DNA of 62,007 nucleotides, filler included, from Candidatus Nezhaarchaeota archaeon WYZ-LMO8 (GTDB lineage: Archaea; Thermoproteota; Methanomethylicia; Nezhaarchaeales; WYZ-LMO8): NCBI GenBank assembly GCA_004347965.1. It is 4 parts of 4 records of this genome, joined end to end, with 100 filler letters (N's around TTAATTAATTAA, not from the genome) between each part and the next. Parts side by side here need not be neighbours in the genome. Positions count along the whole stretch, not along the records: positions 1 to 16,077 come from QNVF01000029.1; positions 16,178 to 31,598 come from QNVF01000030.1; 2 more parts are not named here. One strand, 5' to 3'. Below the pieces are notes generated by a model. The model was not told the origin of the DNA and did no database searches. It saw nothing but the letters and a program-made list of their open reading frames with translations. Position 1 is the first letter of the stretch. Each line of letters starts with the position of its first letter. Of the stretch, positions 10,643 through 20,232 are shown piece after piece. The position numbers and the translations under genes were made by a program.

Positions 10643-12556
10643 CTAGTGTTGTTGAGATGACTCAGCGTAAGATAATGTACTTAACTCTAATAACCTTTTC
10701 GCAATATACGGACTTTTCGGGCTATAAGCCCATACGGGACATGTGTAATTGCATTCTCCACAAGCTACACAATATTCGCTTGCTATCTCAATACCATCGT
10801 TCCTCAATGATATGGCATTATTAGGGCAAACGGCTATGCACAATCTGCACTTTACACACATTATGGCACGGGCTATGCCTCTAAATATCTTCATCCAATG
10901 CCTCTCGCAATTTCTGTCGTAGATCTCTATTGTAATCTTCCTGTCCTTTCTCGTTAAACTTGTGATTTCCCTCTTCTCTTCCATCAATATTACACGCCCT
11001 TCTTCCTCACGTACATCATACAAAGTTTTTAGGACGCTCACGATCCTCCTAAAATCGTCTTCCCTCTTTAGGTGTAGCTCTTTTACTCCACGTAAGCACT
11101 GAGAATAGTCTTTGTGCACCATTTTGATTCTAGTTTTCAACCAGCCAGGATATCTAAAGCGCCACCTCCATAAGCCTAACTTTACTTCATGATCTTTCAA
11201 AGAAAGCTTTTCTGATATTTCCCTTAAGTATTCCTGCCAAGATTGTTTCATTATCTCTTCAGTTATCTGCATTTCAGCTAAGTCCATGCTTGGGCAAGTC
11301 CAACAACCTATTCTCTCAAGCCCTCTGTAATATAATGGATTTACCTCTACTCCTTCCTTAAATAAGTAAAGCCATATGTTAAGCGTGCTCCAGTTATAAA
11401 TTGGAGAGACACCTGTCTGACCTTTAACCCATATACCTTCCCAAATAGCACCCCGTCTCTTCCTTCTAGCGGACTCTACCTCACGTAGACCAATGAAAGT
11501 TAGGCATTCACCTCCAAGACTTTTTATAACGTAAGCTATTGGTGCTAATTTACAAGTCTTGCAACACCATCTAAAGTCTCGGGCAGGAGGACCGAAAACT
11601 TTGATGGCATCAAAGAAGTTCGTGAAGGCATCAACTTTTATGACTCTTTCTTCAAGTCCTAGCTTCCTTAAAGTCTCCTCTACGTACCTTGTGGTTTCAG
11701 GATACTCTATTTTGGTGTCAGAGAAGAGTACGTAAAATTCCTTACTCAAAGCTTCTAAAGCTTTTTTGACAACTATTAATGTTGCGAGACTATCTTTACC
11801 TCCCGAGAATGAGACTAGTATCGGTCTATTAATTTTATGACAAATATCTTGTATAAAGTCCATAGCTTCTTCCTCCTTTCCTTCTAAGAAGTACTTGTTA
11901 GCCAATACCGCATCGCTCCACGTAGCTTTGCTCTCGAGCACCTCAGGATCTTTAGGCTTATCGAAGTGCTTGACTTTAACCACCATCCCTCTTCTTTCCA
12001 CTAACTTGTGCTTAAAGTCGTGAGAGACCTTACCGACCGCTATCGCCTTCCATTTCTCATTCACTACGTAAACAAAGTCGTCTCTTCTTATATCATCATC
12101 ATGATCCTCAACTCCTACTGCCAAGAGATTCTTTCCCTCCAATGTTATCGCCTTTTCAGCGCCTCGATCAACGAGGATCCACTTTCTGGCTCTCTGCTTT
12201 GCCATTCTTCTAGCCCCCTCCATGTGAGGGATGAAGTGGTATCTCATTGATTCTACGTCAAACCTCCAAAGCCCAATTACCTGACCATCAACTATTACCT
12301 CATAAGCTAAGTCCACGTGAGGCACTTTGTTGAGCAGCGCTATCCTATCATCCGGAAGTAATAACGTCACGTGATTGCCATACTGCTCGTGTACTGTGCG
12401 TTGAATCCTCCTTCTCTCCTCTTCAAACATTGGCTTTACGTTGCCTGGTGGGGTTATCTTCACTTTTCTAATAGCTTCTTGTCTGCACAAACCACATTTC
12501 TCTGCAAGCAAAGGAACATTACACTTTACACACCAGTATAGAACACCGATCTTCAT
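10643..12556 (-). CDS. PAPS-reductase-like PP-loop protein with Zn ribbon, PUA-like domain and C-terminal 2x[4Fe-4S] ferredoxin domain
   Basis: WCVKCNVPL, SFSGGKDS, RWCCKTCK, RIGCWTCP, CVKCRLCIAVCP and CVACGECNYTCP. Confidence 0.85.
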   Translation of the reverse strand: MKIGVLYWCVKCNVPLLAEKCGLCRQEAIRKVKITPPGNVKPMFEEERRRIQRTVHEQYGNHVTLLLPDDRIALLNKVPHVDLAYEVIVDGQVIGLWRFDVESMRYHFIPHMEGARRMAKQRARKWILVDRGAEKAITLEGKNLLAVGVEDHDDDIRRDDFVYVVNEKWKAIAVGKVSHDFKHKLVERRGMVVKVKHFDKPKDPEVLESKATWSDAVLANKYFLEGKEEEAMDFIQDICHKINRPILVSFSGGKDSLATLIVVKKALEALSKEFYVLFSDTKIEYPETTRYVEETLRKLGLEERVIKVDAFTNFFDAIKVFGPPARDFRWCCKTCKLAPIAYVIKSLGGECLTFIGLREVESARRKRRGAIWEGIWVKGQTGVSPIYNWSTLNIWLYLFKEGVEVNPLYYRGLERIGCWTCPSMDLAEMQITEEIMKQSWQEYLREISEKLSLKDHEVKLGLWRWRFRYPGWLKTRIKMVHKDYSQCLRGVKELHLKREDDFRRIVSVLKTLYDVREEEGRVILMEEKREITSLTRKDRKITIEIYDRNCERHWMKIFRGIARAIMCVKCRLCIAVCPNNAISLRNDGIEIASEYCVACGECNYTCPVWAYSPKSPYIAKRLLELSTLSYAESSQQH

Positions 12557-12582
12557 CTTCTAGACTACCTTCTATGCTCAGC

Positions 12583-13905
12583 TCATGGAGTTAGTCTCGT
12601 TCTATCGCGTGGAAACAGAACGACCTCTCTTATGTTTGACCTACCTGTTAGCACCATGAGAAACCTTGATAATCCCAACCCCCAACCAGCATGTGGAGGC
12701 ATCCCATAATCGAACACCTTTAAGTATTCTTGGAAGTTCTCAGGGTTTAATCCCTTGTTTCTAATACTCTTTTCAAGTTCTTCTCGAAGGTAAATTCTAC
12801 TTCCTCCACTAGCAAGCTCTATGTGACGCCACATGAGATCGAAGCTTTCGCTCACCTTTTCATCGTCTCTACGGGGCTTTATGTAGAAGGGCTTAGTTTT
12901 AGTAGGCCAATCAATTATGAAGTAATAGCTGCCATGCTCTTCACTTAGTAGTCTCAGCGCAGGTGTAGTTAAGTCATCGCCCCAATTTATTTTCATCCCT
13001 TTTCCACGTATTAACTCTATGGCTTCTGAATACGTTATAATGGGGAAGGGTGTGCTAGGTTCCGTGAAATCAGCATGTATCTTCTTCAGCTCCTCGTAGT
13101 ACTTCTTTTTGAGATGTTGGTAGACGTGAACTATGCACTCCTCTAAGATCCTCATAACATCTCTATAATCCATAAATGCAGCCTCAATGTCAACAGATGT
13201 AAACTCGTTGAGGTGATATGGAGTATTGGATTCTTCAGCTCTAAAGTAGACGCCTATTTCATAAACTCTCTCAAAGCAGCTCGTCAATAACTCCTTATAT
13301 AGCTGAGGACTTTGAGCTAAGTAGACTGTTTTTTCAAAGTACTGCACTTTAAATAACTCTGCTCCGCCTTCTGTTGCAGAGACTAAGATCTTTGGTGTTA
13401 TTACTTCGAGAAAACCATTCTCATCCAGGAATGCTCTTATGGCCTTTAGAACTTCGTGTTGAAGTTTGAAAACTAAAATTTCGCTTGGTCTTCTCAAGTC
13501 CATGAACCTTGAGTTCATGCGAGTCTCAAAATCTGCTGGAACTTTCCCAGTAACATCTAAAGGTAGAGGTGATTTAGATACATTAAGTAACTTGATTTCT
13601 TGAGGAAGGATTTCGAAACCTAACTTGCTTTTTTCACTTTTCTTAACCACACCTTTAACCGCTATCACACTCTCACGAGTTAATTGAGAAGTTATCTCAA
13701 AGAGCCTTGGATCAGCTTCATCCTTCTTAATCGTAACCTGCGCTATACCTGTTGAGTCTCTTAAAATTAAGAACTTTATGCTACCTAAATCCCTTATTTC
13801 GTGGAGCCAACCCATTACTATTACTTCTGAGCCATCAGATGTTAATGGAAGCTCAGAGTTTTTATGAGTTTTTCTCCATGTTTTCATAGAATCCACGGCA
13901 AGCAT
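12583..13905 (-). CDS. aspS: Aspartyl-tRNA synthetase (archaeal type)
   Basis: EGGAELF, LAQSPQLYK, FRAEES, GMPPHAGWGLG, FPRD. Confidence 0.96.
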   Translation of the reverse strand: MLAVDSMKTWRKTHKNSELPLTSDGSEVIVMGWLHEIRDLGSIKFLILRDSTGIAQVTIKKDEADPRLFEITSQLTRESVIAVKGVVKKSEKSKLGFEILPQEIKLLNVSKSPLPLDVTGKVPADFETRMNSRFMDLRRPSEILVFKLQHEVLKAIRAFLDENGFLEVITPKILVSATEGGAELFKVQYFEKTVYLAQSPQLYKELLTSCFERVYEIGVYFRAEESNTPYHLNEFTSVDIEAAFMDYRDVMRILEECIVHVYQHLKKKYYEELKKIHADFTEPSTPFPIITYSEAIELIRGKGMKINWGDDLTTPALRLLSEEHGSYYFIIDWPTKTKPFYIKPRRDDEKVSESFDLMWRHIELASGGSRIYLREELEKSIRNKGLNPENFQEYLKVFDYGMPPHAGWGLGLSRFLMVLTGRSNIREVVLFPRDRTRLTP

Positions 13906-13926
13906 CGCTTATCAGAGGCGCTATTA

Positions 13927-14442
13927 CTAGGTAGCGATATAAACTGTTTCTCTCAATAACTCGTTTATAACTTCTTCTAGCACTTTTGCATCAGCAGGTA
14001 GTTTCTTTAAATCTTCTAATGCTATTTTAACCGTACTTTCACAAGAGCCGTCAGGTAACCATACGGTGTTTAAAGAAATAACCTTAGCTGGAAAGAGTAA
14101 CTGGCTTAGAATATTTCTTAACGAAGGGGTTTTCTCAATTATCCTAACGTTAACCCCCCTATCTTCGCTTAAGGCTTTACTAACCTTCCTCCAAAAGGCT
14201 GTAAGACCCTTGCTCTTGCATCCTATGAGCACCACCAGAAGATTATCCTTCTGAACAGCTCTATAGAACGTGCAATCCTTAAGCTGAGGATACTTCCCCT
14301 CATTCTCTAAAAACCATTTGGCAATTTCTATATCAAGTTTTGTTATCTCACCTTTCTTTAGCTTCTCATCACAAGTCTTACACAAAAGACCACTTTTTAA
14401 ACAGAAGTAGCATACTGGAAGTTGCAATTCATATCCCCTCAC
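13927..14442 (-). CDS. NusA-like KH protein with N-terminal Cys cluster
   Basis: LPVCYFCLKSGLLCKTC, NTVWLPDGS; lies between alba and aspS. Confidence 0.75.
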   Translation of the reverse strand: MRGYELQLPVCYFCLKSGLLCKTCDEKLKKGEITKLDIEIAKWFLENEGKYPQLKDCTFYRAVQKDNLLVVLIGCKSKGLTAFWRKVSKALSEDRGVNVRIIEKTPSLRNILSQLLFPAKVISLNTVWLPDGSCESTVKIALEDLKKLPADAKVLEEVINELLRETVYIAT

Positions 14443-14711
14443 TCCTTCGTTAATATTATGGTTAATGTGCTTAAGTTAACAACATCTCCCCTCTCTGTCA
14501 CAAGCCTTTCGTTACCAAGCTCCAGACTCTTAATTTTAGCGGTGGGAATAAACTTTTCCTTCACGATATTTACAACGTCGATGGCCTTCGATATAGCCTT
14601 TCCTCTAGCCTTTATTACTACATCACTAAAGCCTTGATGAAATAGTGTGAGACATGCGAGGACGTAATTCATGGTGGGCTTCTGCCCGACAATTACAACA
14701 TTCTCTTTCAT
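14439..14711 (-). CDS. albA: Chromatin protein Alba
   Basis: VGQKPTMNYV, IKARGKAISKAIDV. Confidence 0.95.
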   Translation of the reverse strand: MKENVVIVGQKPTMNYVLACLTLFHQGFSDVVIKARGKAISKAIDVVNIVKEKFIPTAKIKSLELGNERLVTERGDVVNLSTLTIILTKE

Positions 14712-14839
14712 ACTTGTCTCCTCTAAAGTCTATTTTATGCATTGATTGAGGGGTTAAATCATTTCTTTAGCTCTCTTCAGAATAAAAGAGAATAAATTTA
14801 TCTGATAGATAACTAGAATTGTCATGGGAGGTTATCAAG

Positions 14840-15001
14840 ATGCCAATATCGGATCCCATGAAATTACAAATAGCTCAGAAAAGGCTCCTAATGATAAAGA
14901 TATGTAGAAAATGCGGTGCACGAAATGCTTCTACAGCTGAAAGATGTAGGAGATGTCGTTCTTACGACTTAAGATGGAAGAAACGCACAGTTCAGAAATA
15001 A
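14840..15001 (+). CDS. rpl40e: 50S ribosomal protein L40e
   Basis: KICRKCGARN...RCRRC..LRWK. Confidence 0.93.
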   Translation: MPISDPMKLQIAQKRLLMIKICRKCGARNASTAERCRRCRSYDLRWKKRTVQK

Positions 15002-15032
15002 CACGTGTTCAGGTTGAGCTAACATTTTTCAT

Positions 15033-15109
15033 GGGCCGGTAGTTCAGATGGTTAGAACGCCCGCCTCACACGCGGGAGGTCCCCGGTTCAAGTCCGGGCC
15101 GGCCCACCA
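15033..15109 (+). tRNA. tRNA-Val(CAC), intronless, CCA encoded
   Basis: GGGCCGG/CCGGCCC acceptor, CCCGC-CT-CAC-AC-GCGGG anticodon arm, GTTCAAGTC T-loop, ACCA end. Confidence 0.97.
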
Positions 15110-15168
15110 CCTTTTGAGTTCAAGTCCCTTAAATACAACCTCTTTATTGTTTTATTTTTGGTGGTTGG

Positions 15169-15423
15169 TTGGCCGGTCGGGCTAGGTATGGTTATTTACT
15201 TATGGATGTTGACGTTAGGCGCTGGTATAGTAATGTTACCCATGGCTCTAGGGTTACTGCTGATGCTTATCTTCGTAGGCTCGGCTCGTTCTGCGAGCAC
15301 TTAATGTGTCGCCTAAGCAGCTTATCGCCATGAGTGAGGGCGATCTATACAATATGCTCCTGGATTACGTCTCATTCCTAAAGGGCAAGGAAAAGCGTTA
15401 GACATAAGGCGGTTAAAGACTTT
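15169..15423 (+). pseudogene. Tyrosine integrase N-terminal remnant (frameshifted, truncated)
   Basis: YLLMDVDVRRWYSNV..GSRVTADAYLRRLGSFCE, frameshift near 15301 into NVSPKQL...LLDYV, stop 15399-15401; about 60 nt after tRNA-Val. Confidence 0.7.
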
Positions 15424-15533
15424 CGTAAAGAGACTGCCTGACTGTACTCTTCGTACGGTACTACTGGCTGAAGATGACAACATCAACGTCACGCGCTTTT
15501 TAGCACTACTACCTCCCTGGCTTCGGCTTTAGC

Positions 15534-15858
15534 ATGCTCCTTGCGCTCATAGCGTCCATAACTACCATAACTATACTGGCTCCACAGATTAGGAGGAGAA
15601 AGTATTATTTCATGGATGTCTTCAGCATTATCTACTTTAGCATAGCCTCCATATACACCTTCATATTCAACATAAACATTTTCATTGAGTATAGCGGGTT
15701 TATAGAATACCTCACATTATCCTTAATGGTGGCATTCCTCCATAACAATGAAATCCCCATTCACGTTTAAGGTTGCCAAGAGGGATTGGTCTGAGGCCTA
15801 CTGGAGGGAGAAATCGTTTCTGCTAGTCAACAATATTATTTCATGGATAAATTTATAA
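15534..15858 (+). pseudogene. Frameshifted membrane protein fragment
   Basis: Hydrophobic ORF 15534-15770 continues after a shift near 15740 as SITMKSPFTFKVAKRDWSEAYWREKSFLLVNNIISW. Confidence 0.55.
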
Positions 15859-15872
15859 TGGATAAATTTATA
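15843..15872. repeat. Perfect 15-bp tandem duplication ATGGATAAATTTATA
   Basis: Copies at 15843-15857 and 15858-15872. Confidence 0.9.
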
Positions 15873-15903
15873 TGGGATATAAAAGAAAAAGAGAAGGAAG
15901 AAA

Positions 15904-16077
15904 ATGAAAGGAAGGCTATATTTCCATGTATTTTCGATTTTAATTTTAGCAGTCTTCATCTCATCAATTCTAACTTTTACTAACTCAATTAACGCATCTC
16001 CCACTATAGAAGACGATGTTAAACAATTTCTTCCGAACTTAAATTATTCATGGCCCCTCGAAAGGGGGAATGAGGGA
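15904..16077 (+). CDS. Putative secreted protein, truncated at gap
   Basis: Signal-peptide-like N-terminus MKGRLYFHVFSILILAVFISS...NA; runs into Ns. Confidence 0.5.
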
Positions 16078-16177
16078 NNNNNNNNNNNNNNNNNNNNNNN
16101 NNNNNNNNNNNNNNNNNNNNNTTAATTAATTAANNNNNNNNNNNNNNNNNNNNNNNNNNNNNNNNNNNNNNNNNNNN
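16078..16177. other. Artificial assembly spacer
   Basis: N44-TTAATTAATTAA-N44, stops in six frames. Confidence 0.98.
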
Positions 16178-16584
16178 ATTAGGATGGCGTAAGCCGAGAA
16201 CAAGGTTATGAAGGCAGCGAGAAGCTTTCCTAGGAAAACCATTGTTCGTGAGACTGGTTTAGATAGCAAAGGAACTATTGTGCCGCTTTCAAATTCTCCT
16301 GAAATACTGTTCATAGCAATTGCAACGGCGAAGAGGAACATGCCTAAACCGCCTATGCCTGCTCCTGTATTGACTACATAGTCAGGATTTCGTTGAAGCT
16401 GCTGCCCAACAATGTTGGATAGAATGACAGGTAAGACTAATGACAGAGTGGCGAGCGCAAAAGCGAGAACCATCACGCCTATGAACTTCTTCTTTCGGAT
16501 ATTCCAAAGCAGCTCATATTTTACAATAGCCCAAAAGCGAGTTTTCCAGTTCTTACTCGCTTTCACCTTCATTTTACTTTTCAA
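16178..16584 (-). CDS. ABC-2 type permease, 3'-truncated at gap
   Basis: ISGEFESGT..LLSKPVSR..FLGK. Confidence 0.88.
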
Positions 16585-17515
16585 CTCCAGATTTTGATAC
16601 GAGCTGCATGAAAACTTCTTCGAGGGTTCGACTTTTTAGGTTCATGGAAACAATTACTCCTCCAGATCTTATGATTTCTTGGGAGATTTGTGGTCTAACG
16701 TCATCACGTGTTTTCAACTCGATTGTCAGCTTGTTCTCCTCCTGTTCTACGTTAGATATGAATGGGAAACGTTTCAAGGCTTCAACAACAGCATCTGAAG
16801 GCTCTGCAAGTTCCACTTGTAGTACTGCGGTTCCTGAAAACATGCTGTAAATATTTTGAAGAGTATCCGAGGCTAGAGCGACACCTTTGTGAATTACTGT
16901 AACGTGAGTGCATACCTGTTCAACCTCAAACAATAAATGTGAGGAAAGGAATATTGTTCGACCTTCCTTAGCTATATTTCTCACCAATTCTCTAACCTCA
17001 ACCATGCCGACAGGGTCCAAACCAAGGCTTGGTTCATCTAGGATTACAAGTTCTGGATCGTTTAGCAAAGCTTGTGCAATGCCTAGCCTTTGCTGCATCC
17101 CCTTACTGTATTTTCCAATGAAATCTTTTTCTCTGCCTTTAAGTCCAACCATATCTAAAAGCTTTGGTATCTGTTCTCTTCGCTCTTGCTCAGTCATTCC
17201 ATACATCCTTGCATAAATGTCTAGAAGCTCCCAGCCCCTCAAATGTTTTGGAAACTTTGGCAGCTCAGGCATATAACCGATTTTTAAGCGTACTTCCGGC
17301 ATATCTCCACATATTTCGTGTCCAAGAACTTTGACTACGCCTTCATCAGCTCTCAGCAAGCCCACTAAAATCTTTATTGTTGTGGTCTTTCCAGCTCCAT
17401 TAGGGCCTAGGAAACCGTGAATAGTATTCCTTTTAACTTTAAGGTTAAGCTTGTTCACAGCTGTTAAGGAGCCATACCTTTTCGTTAAGCCTATGGTTTC
17501 TATGGCAAACTCCAC
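16574..17515 (-). CDS. ABC exporter ATP-binding protein
   Basis: GPNGAGKTT, YSKGMQQR, ILDEP, SSH. Confidence 0.95.
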   Translation of the reverse strand: MEFAIETIGLTKRYGSLTAVNKLNLKVKRNTIHGFLGPNGAGKTTTIKILVGLLRADEGVVKVLGHEICGDMPEVRLKIGYMPELPKFPKHLRGWELLDIYARMYGMTEQERREQIPKLLDMVGLKGREKDFIGKYSKGMQQRLGIAQALLNDPELVILDEPSLGLDPVGMVEVRELVRNIAKEGRTIFLSSHLLFEVEQVCTHVTVIHKGVALASDTLQNIYSMFSGTAVLQVELAEPSDAVVEALKRFPFISNVEQEENKLTIELKTRDDVRPQISQEIIRSGGVIVSMNLKSRTLEEVFMQLVSKSGVEK

Positions 17516-17774
17516 TCTAAATGCCCCTTCTGGTAATTGTCATCTTTAAGATTCTTCGGTGATATTTAAGGCTTTTTATGGGCTATGTAGGTTGTGATGG
17601 CTGCGATGGTTCTGCTTGAGCAATGCCATGTAAGGATGATAGCTGATTAAGAAGGATTGATTATAGGTATGAATGGAAAATACGCTCAATGATTTAAAGA
17701 ATTAATGGACTTGGTGGGCTACTCAATAGGGTTATTTATCTCTTAGAAGAGTTTCTTATCCGAGGTTTTAAGCC

Positions 17775-18305
17775 TTGGTTGAAAGCAAGTATGTGTTATA
17801 CAGCTTGTTAGCTGGCGTAATTGCTGGAGCTCTCTCATCAATTATGATGCTCTTCAAGCTTAATGCGATTGAAGAGTTCGTACGCGAATTCATGTATCAA
17901 CAGCTGCTATTGTCTGGCTTATCTGAAGAGGGTGCTTCTGAGGTCGTAAAGATGGCTATTGATGGGGTAAGAGCTTTTCTTTGGCTTGCTCCTATAGGTC
18001 CCATCATAAACATGTTGTTCTTAGGGGCACTGCTTGGTGTGCTCCTAGACTTCTTAGTTAAAAAGCTTAGGAGACCCTACTACCCATCAATACTGACAGG
18101 TCTAGTGCTCATAGCATTGCAGGTGGTGCCGATAATGGTAATCAACTGGATGTATGGTTCATGGTTTACTGAGCTGTTAGACAGATACATTGGCCTACCA
18201 TTCATTATCGCTGTGCCGATAGTTTACACTATTTTACTGACAATTTTCAGCTCGATTAAGGGTCCATGGACCAAGTGGGGTGAAGCGAAGCCGAAGATCT
18301 ATTGA
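17775..18305 (+). CDS. Hypothetical membrane protein
   Basis: About 4 hydrophobic segments; ends GPW....PKIY. Confidence 0.7.
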   Translation: MVESKYVLYSLLAGVIAGALSSIMMLFKLNAIEEFVREFMYQQLLLSGLSEEGASEVVKMAIDGVRAFLWLAPIGPIINMLFLGALLGVLLDFLVKKLRRPYYPSILTGLVLIALQVVPIMVINWMYGSWFTELLDRYIGLPFIIAVPIVYTILLTIFSSIKGPWTKWGEAKPKIY

Positions 18306-18756
18306 TCAGCATCACCTGAAGTCCTCATTACACTATGCTTCAAAGTAGGAGAGAAGTTGGAGAAGTTTTGCTATGCTTGAAGGAGAGCTGGTTTCCCTCG
18401 TTTACAGCTAAGTGGCTGAGATTCGCTTTAACTTTACAGCCCTATTAGGACGAAGAGACGTAGGTGCTGAACATAGGTTGAAGCCCTAGTGCTACGAAGC
18501 TACTGCTTAAGTTGACAGGATATTGCTAAGTTGAGGTGCATCGACTCGACGATCAGCTAGCTTCTGATGAATAAGCTCCCTAATAACCTTTACCATTAAC
18601 TCTATATACTCTGCTACATGTCACCATATTATAAGACTGTATTGACGTAAGCTTGCTTCGAGAGTTGGGGCTGAGAGGTCTTGACCAGCTTCTTAAGAGT
18701 ACTGGTCTTAAGCGGATCATGAAGTTTGCGTGAGGAATCTAGAGCGATTGAGGTAG

Positions 18757-20022
18757 ATGTCCATGAGCTTCATTCATGCCCTAGTTCTAGTAATGTTTTC
18801 AGTTGTTTATGTCTGGACCCTTTATCAACTACCCATCTTAGCCATTGGCGTCAGCCATTTAAGGCGTTATCGAAACGTAGAGGGGAATGTTAGAGGGTCT
18901 TTGCTCGACACTAATAAGCTGCCCACTATCTCCATTATCGTCCCAGTGAAAGATGAAGAGAAGGTTGTGGGTAGGCTTCTTGAAGCACTATTGAAGCTCG
19001 ACTATCCACCTGAAAAGAGGGAGATAGTGATTGTTGAAGATGGATCTAAAGATAGGACTGTCGAAATATGTGAGGAGTATGTTAAGAAGCTTCCAGGTCA
19101 AGTTAAGCTTATTCACAAGCCCACTTCAAGTGGAAAACCTCCAGCCTTGAATTACGCACTTAAGCATGTAAGGGGAGATATCGTAGCTTTCTTCGATGCA
19201 GATAGTGTCCCCAAGCCTGATGCATTGAAGAGGGCCATTGCGTACTTTAGCGATTCTTCGGTAGCTGCTGTGCAAGGTAGGCTCTTCAGCATAAACGCTG
19301 ATGAGAACATGCTGACTAAGCTAGCCTCGTATGGAGAGATCATTTGGTGCGAAGCTTACTTGAGGGGAAGGGACAGCTTAGGCTTGTTCGTCTATTTAAG
19401 GGGGAGCTGTCAGTTCATAAGGCGGGACGTCTTAATGAAGTTGAATGGCTTTGATGAGAATTGCTTGTCGGAGGACATGGAGCTATCCGTAAGGCTCATC
19501 AGAAATGGTTACAAGATAAGGTATGCCACTGATGTATGCTCTTGGCAGGAGACTCCATCAAATGTGAGGGTGCTCTTTAAGCAGAGGACGAGGTGGTATG
19601 GAGGAACTATTCAGGTGGCTCTCAAACATGGAGGGCTCATAGTCAAGTTAAATAGGAGAAGCCTTGACGCTGAACTTACCCTCATGGGGCCCTTCATGCT
19701 CATAATCTCTTTGATTAACTGCTTAATGGTACCAGCCATTTTCTTAACAGCCCTCAATTCTGAGCTTGTATTACAGCTATTGATATGGCTAATAGCCATT
19801 GGGGTAAGCATATCACTCGCTATCTTTAGCATGACCCTTGCGTGCACCACAAGGCCGAGGAGAATCGTTGACATACTTCGAGTACTATTCATGTGCTTTT
19901 ACTGGTACTTTGAGGCCCTTGCAGCGTTCTACGCAATGCTGCTCGTCCTCTTTCGCAGGCCGCAAAGATGGATTAAGACCGAGAAGACGGGTTCAGTGAA
20001 AATTCAAGAATCATACCTATGA
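18757..20022 (+). CDS. Processive GT2 glycosyltransferase (cellulose synthase-like)
   Basis: EDGS, DAD, SED, QRTRW motifs with flanking TM helices. Confidence 0.92.
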   Translation: MSMSFIHALVLVMFSVVYVWTLYQLPILAIGVSHLRRYRNVEGNVRGSLLDTNKLPTISIIVPVKDEEKVVGRLLEALLKLDYPPEKREIVIVEDGSKDRTVEICEEYVKKLPGQVKLIHKPTSSGKPPALNYALKHVRGDIVAFFDADSVPKPDALKRAIAYFSDSSVAAVQGRLFSINADENMLTKLASYGEIIWCEAYLRGRDSLGLFVYLRGSCQFIRRDVLMKLNGFDENCLSEDMELSVRLIRNGYKIRYATDVCSWQETPSNVRVLFKQRTRWYGGTIQVALKHGGLIVKLNRRSLDAELTLMGPFMLIISLINCLMVPAIFLTALNSELVLQLLIWLIAIGVSISLAIFSMTLACTTRPRRIVDILRVLFMCFYWYFEALAAFYAMLLVLFRRPQRWIKTEKTGSVKIQESYL

Positions 20023-20232
20023 GGTTTGCTCCAAATGTCCTCTCATCCTACTTTGAGGAGTAGGCTTTCAGTTGAAAAGAGCTTTTGTGTAGCTTGACTT
20101 AATCTAGCTTCGTGAAGTTAAGGGTGCACGTGCTAGACCTTCATATGAGAGCTTAGAAAGTACTTTCATGGTAGCTTCTTTAAGATGTGCCTCGCTTTCA
20201 GAATCGACTACTCAACCATTAACCTAGACTAC

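Noticed and set aside
15118..15127. GTTCAAGTCC repeat of the tRNA-Val T-loop just downstream of the tRNA
   Set aside because: Only 10 bp; too short to call an att site, and no longer tRNA 3' duplicate was seen in the window
16122..16133. TTAATTAATTAA palindrome recurring three times
   Set aside because: Synthetic linker inside N runs; ORF stops there are artificial
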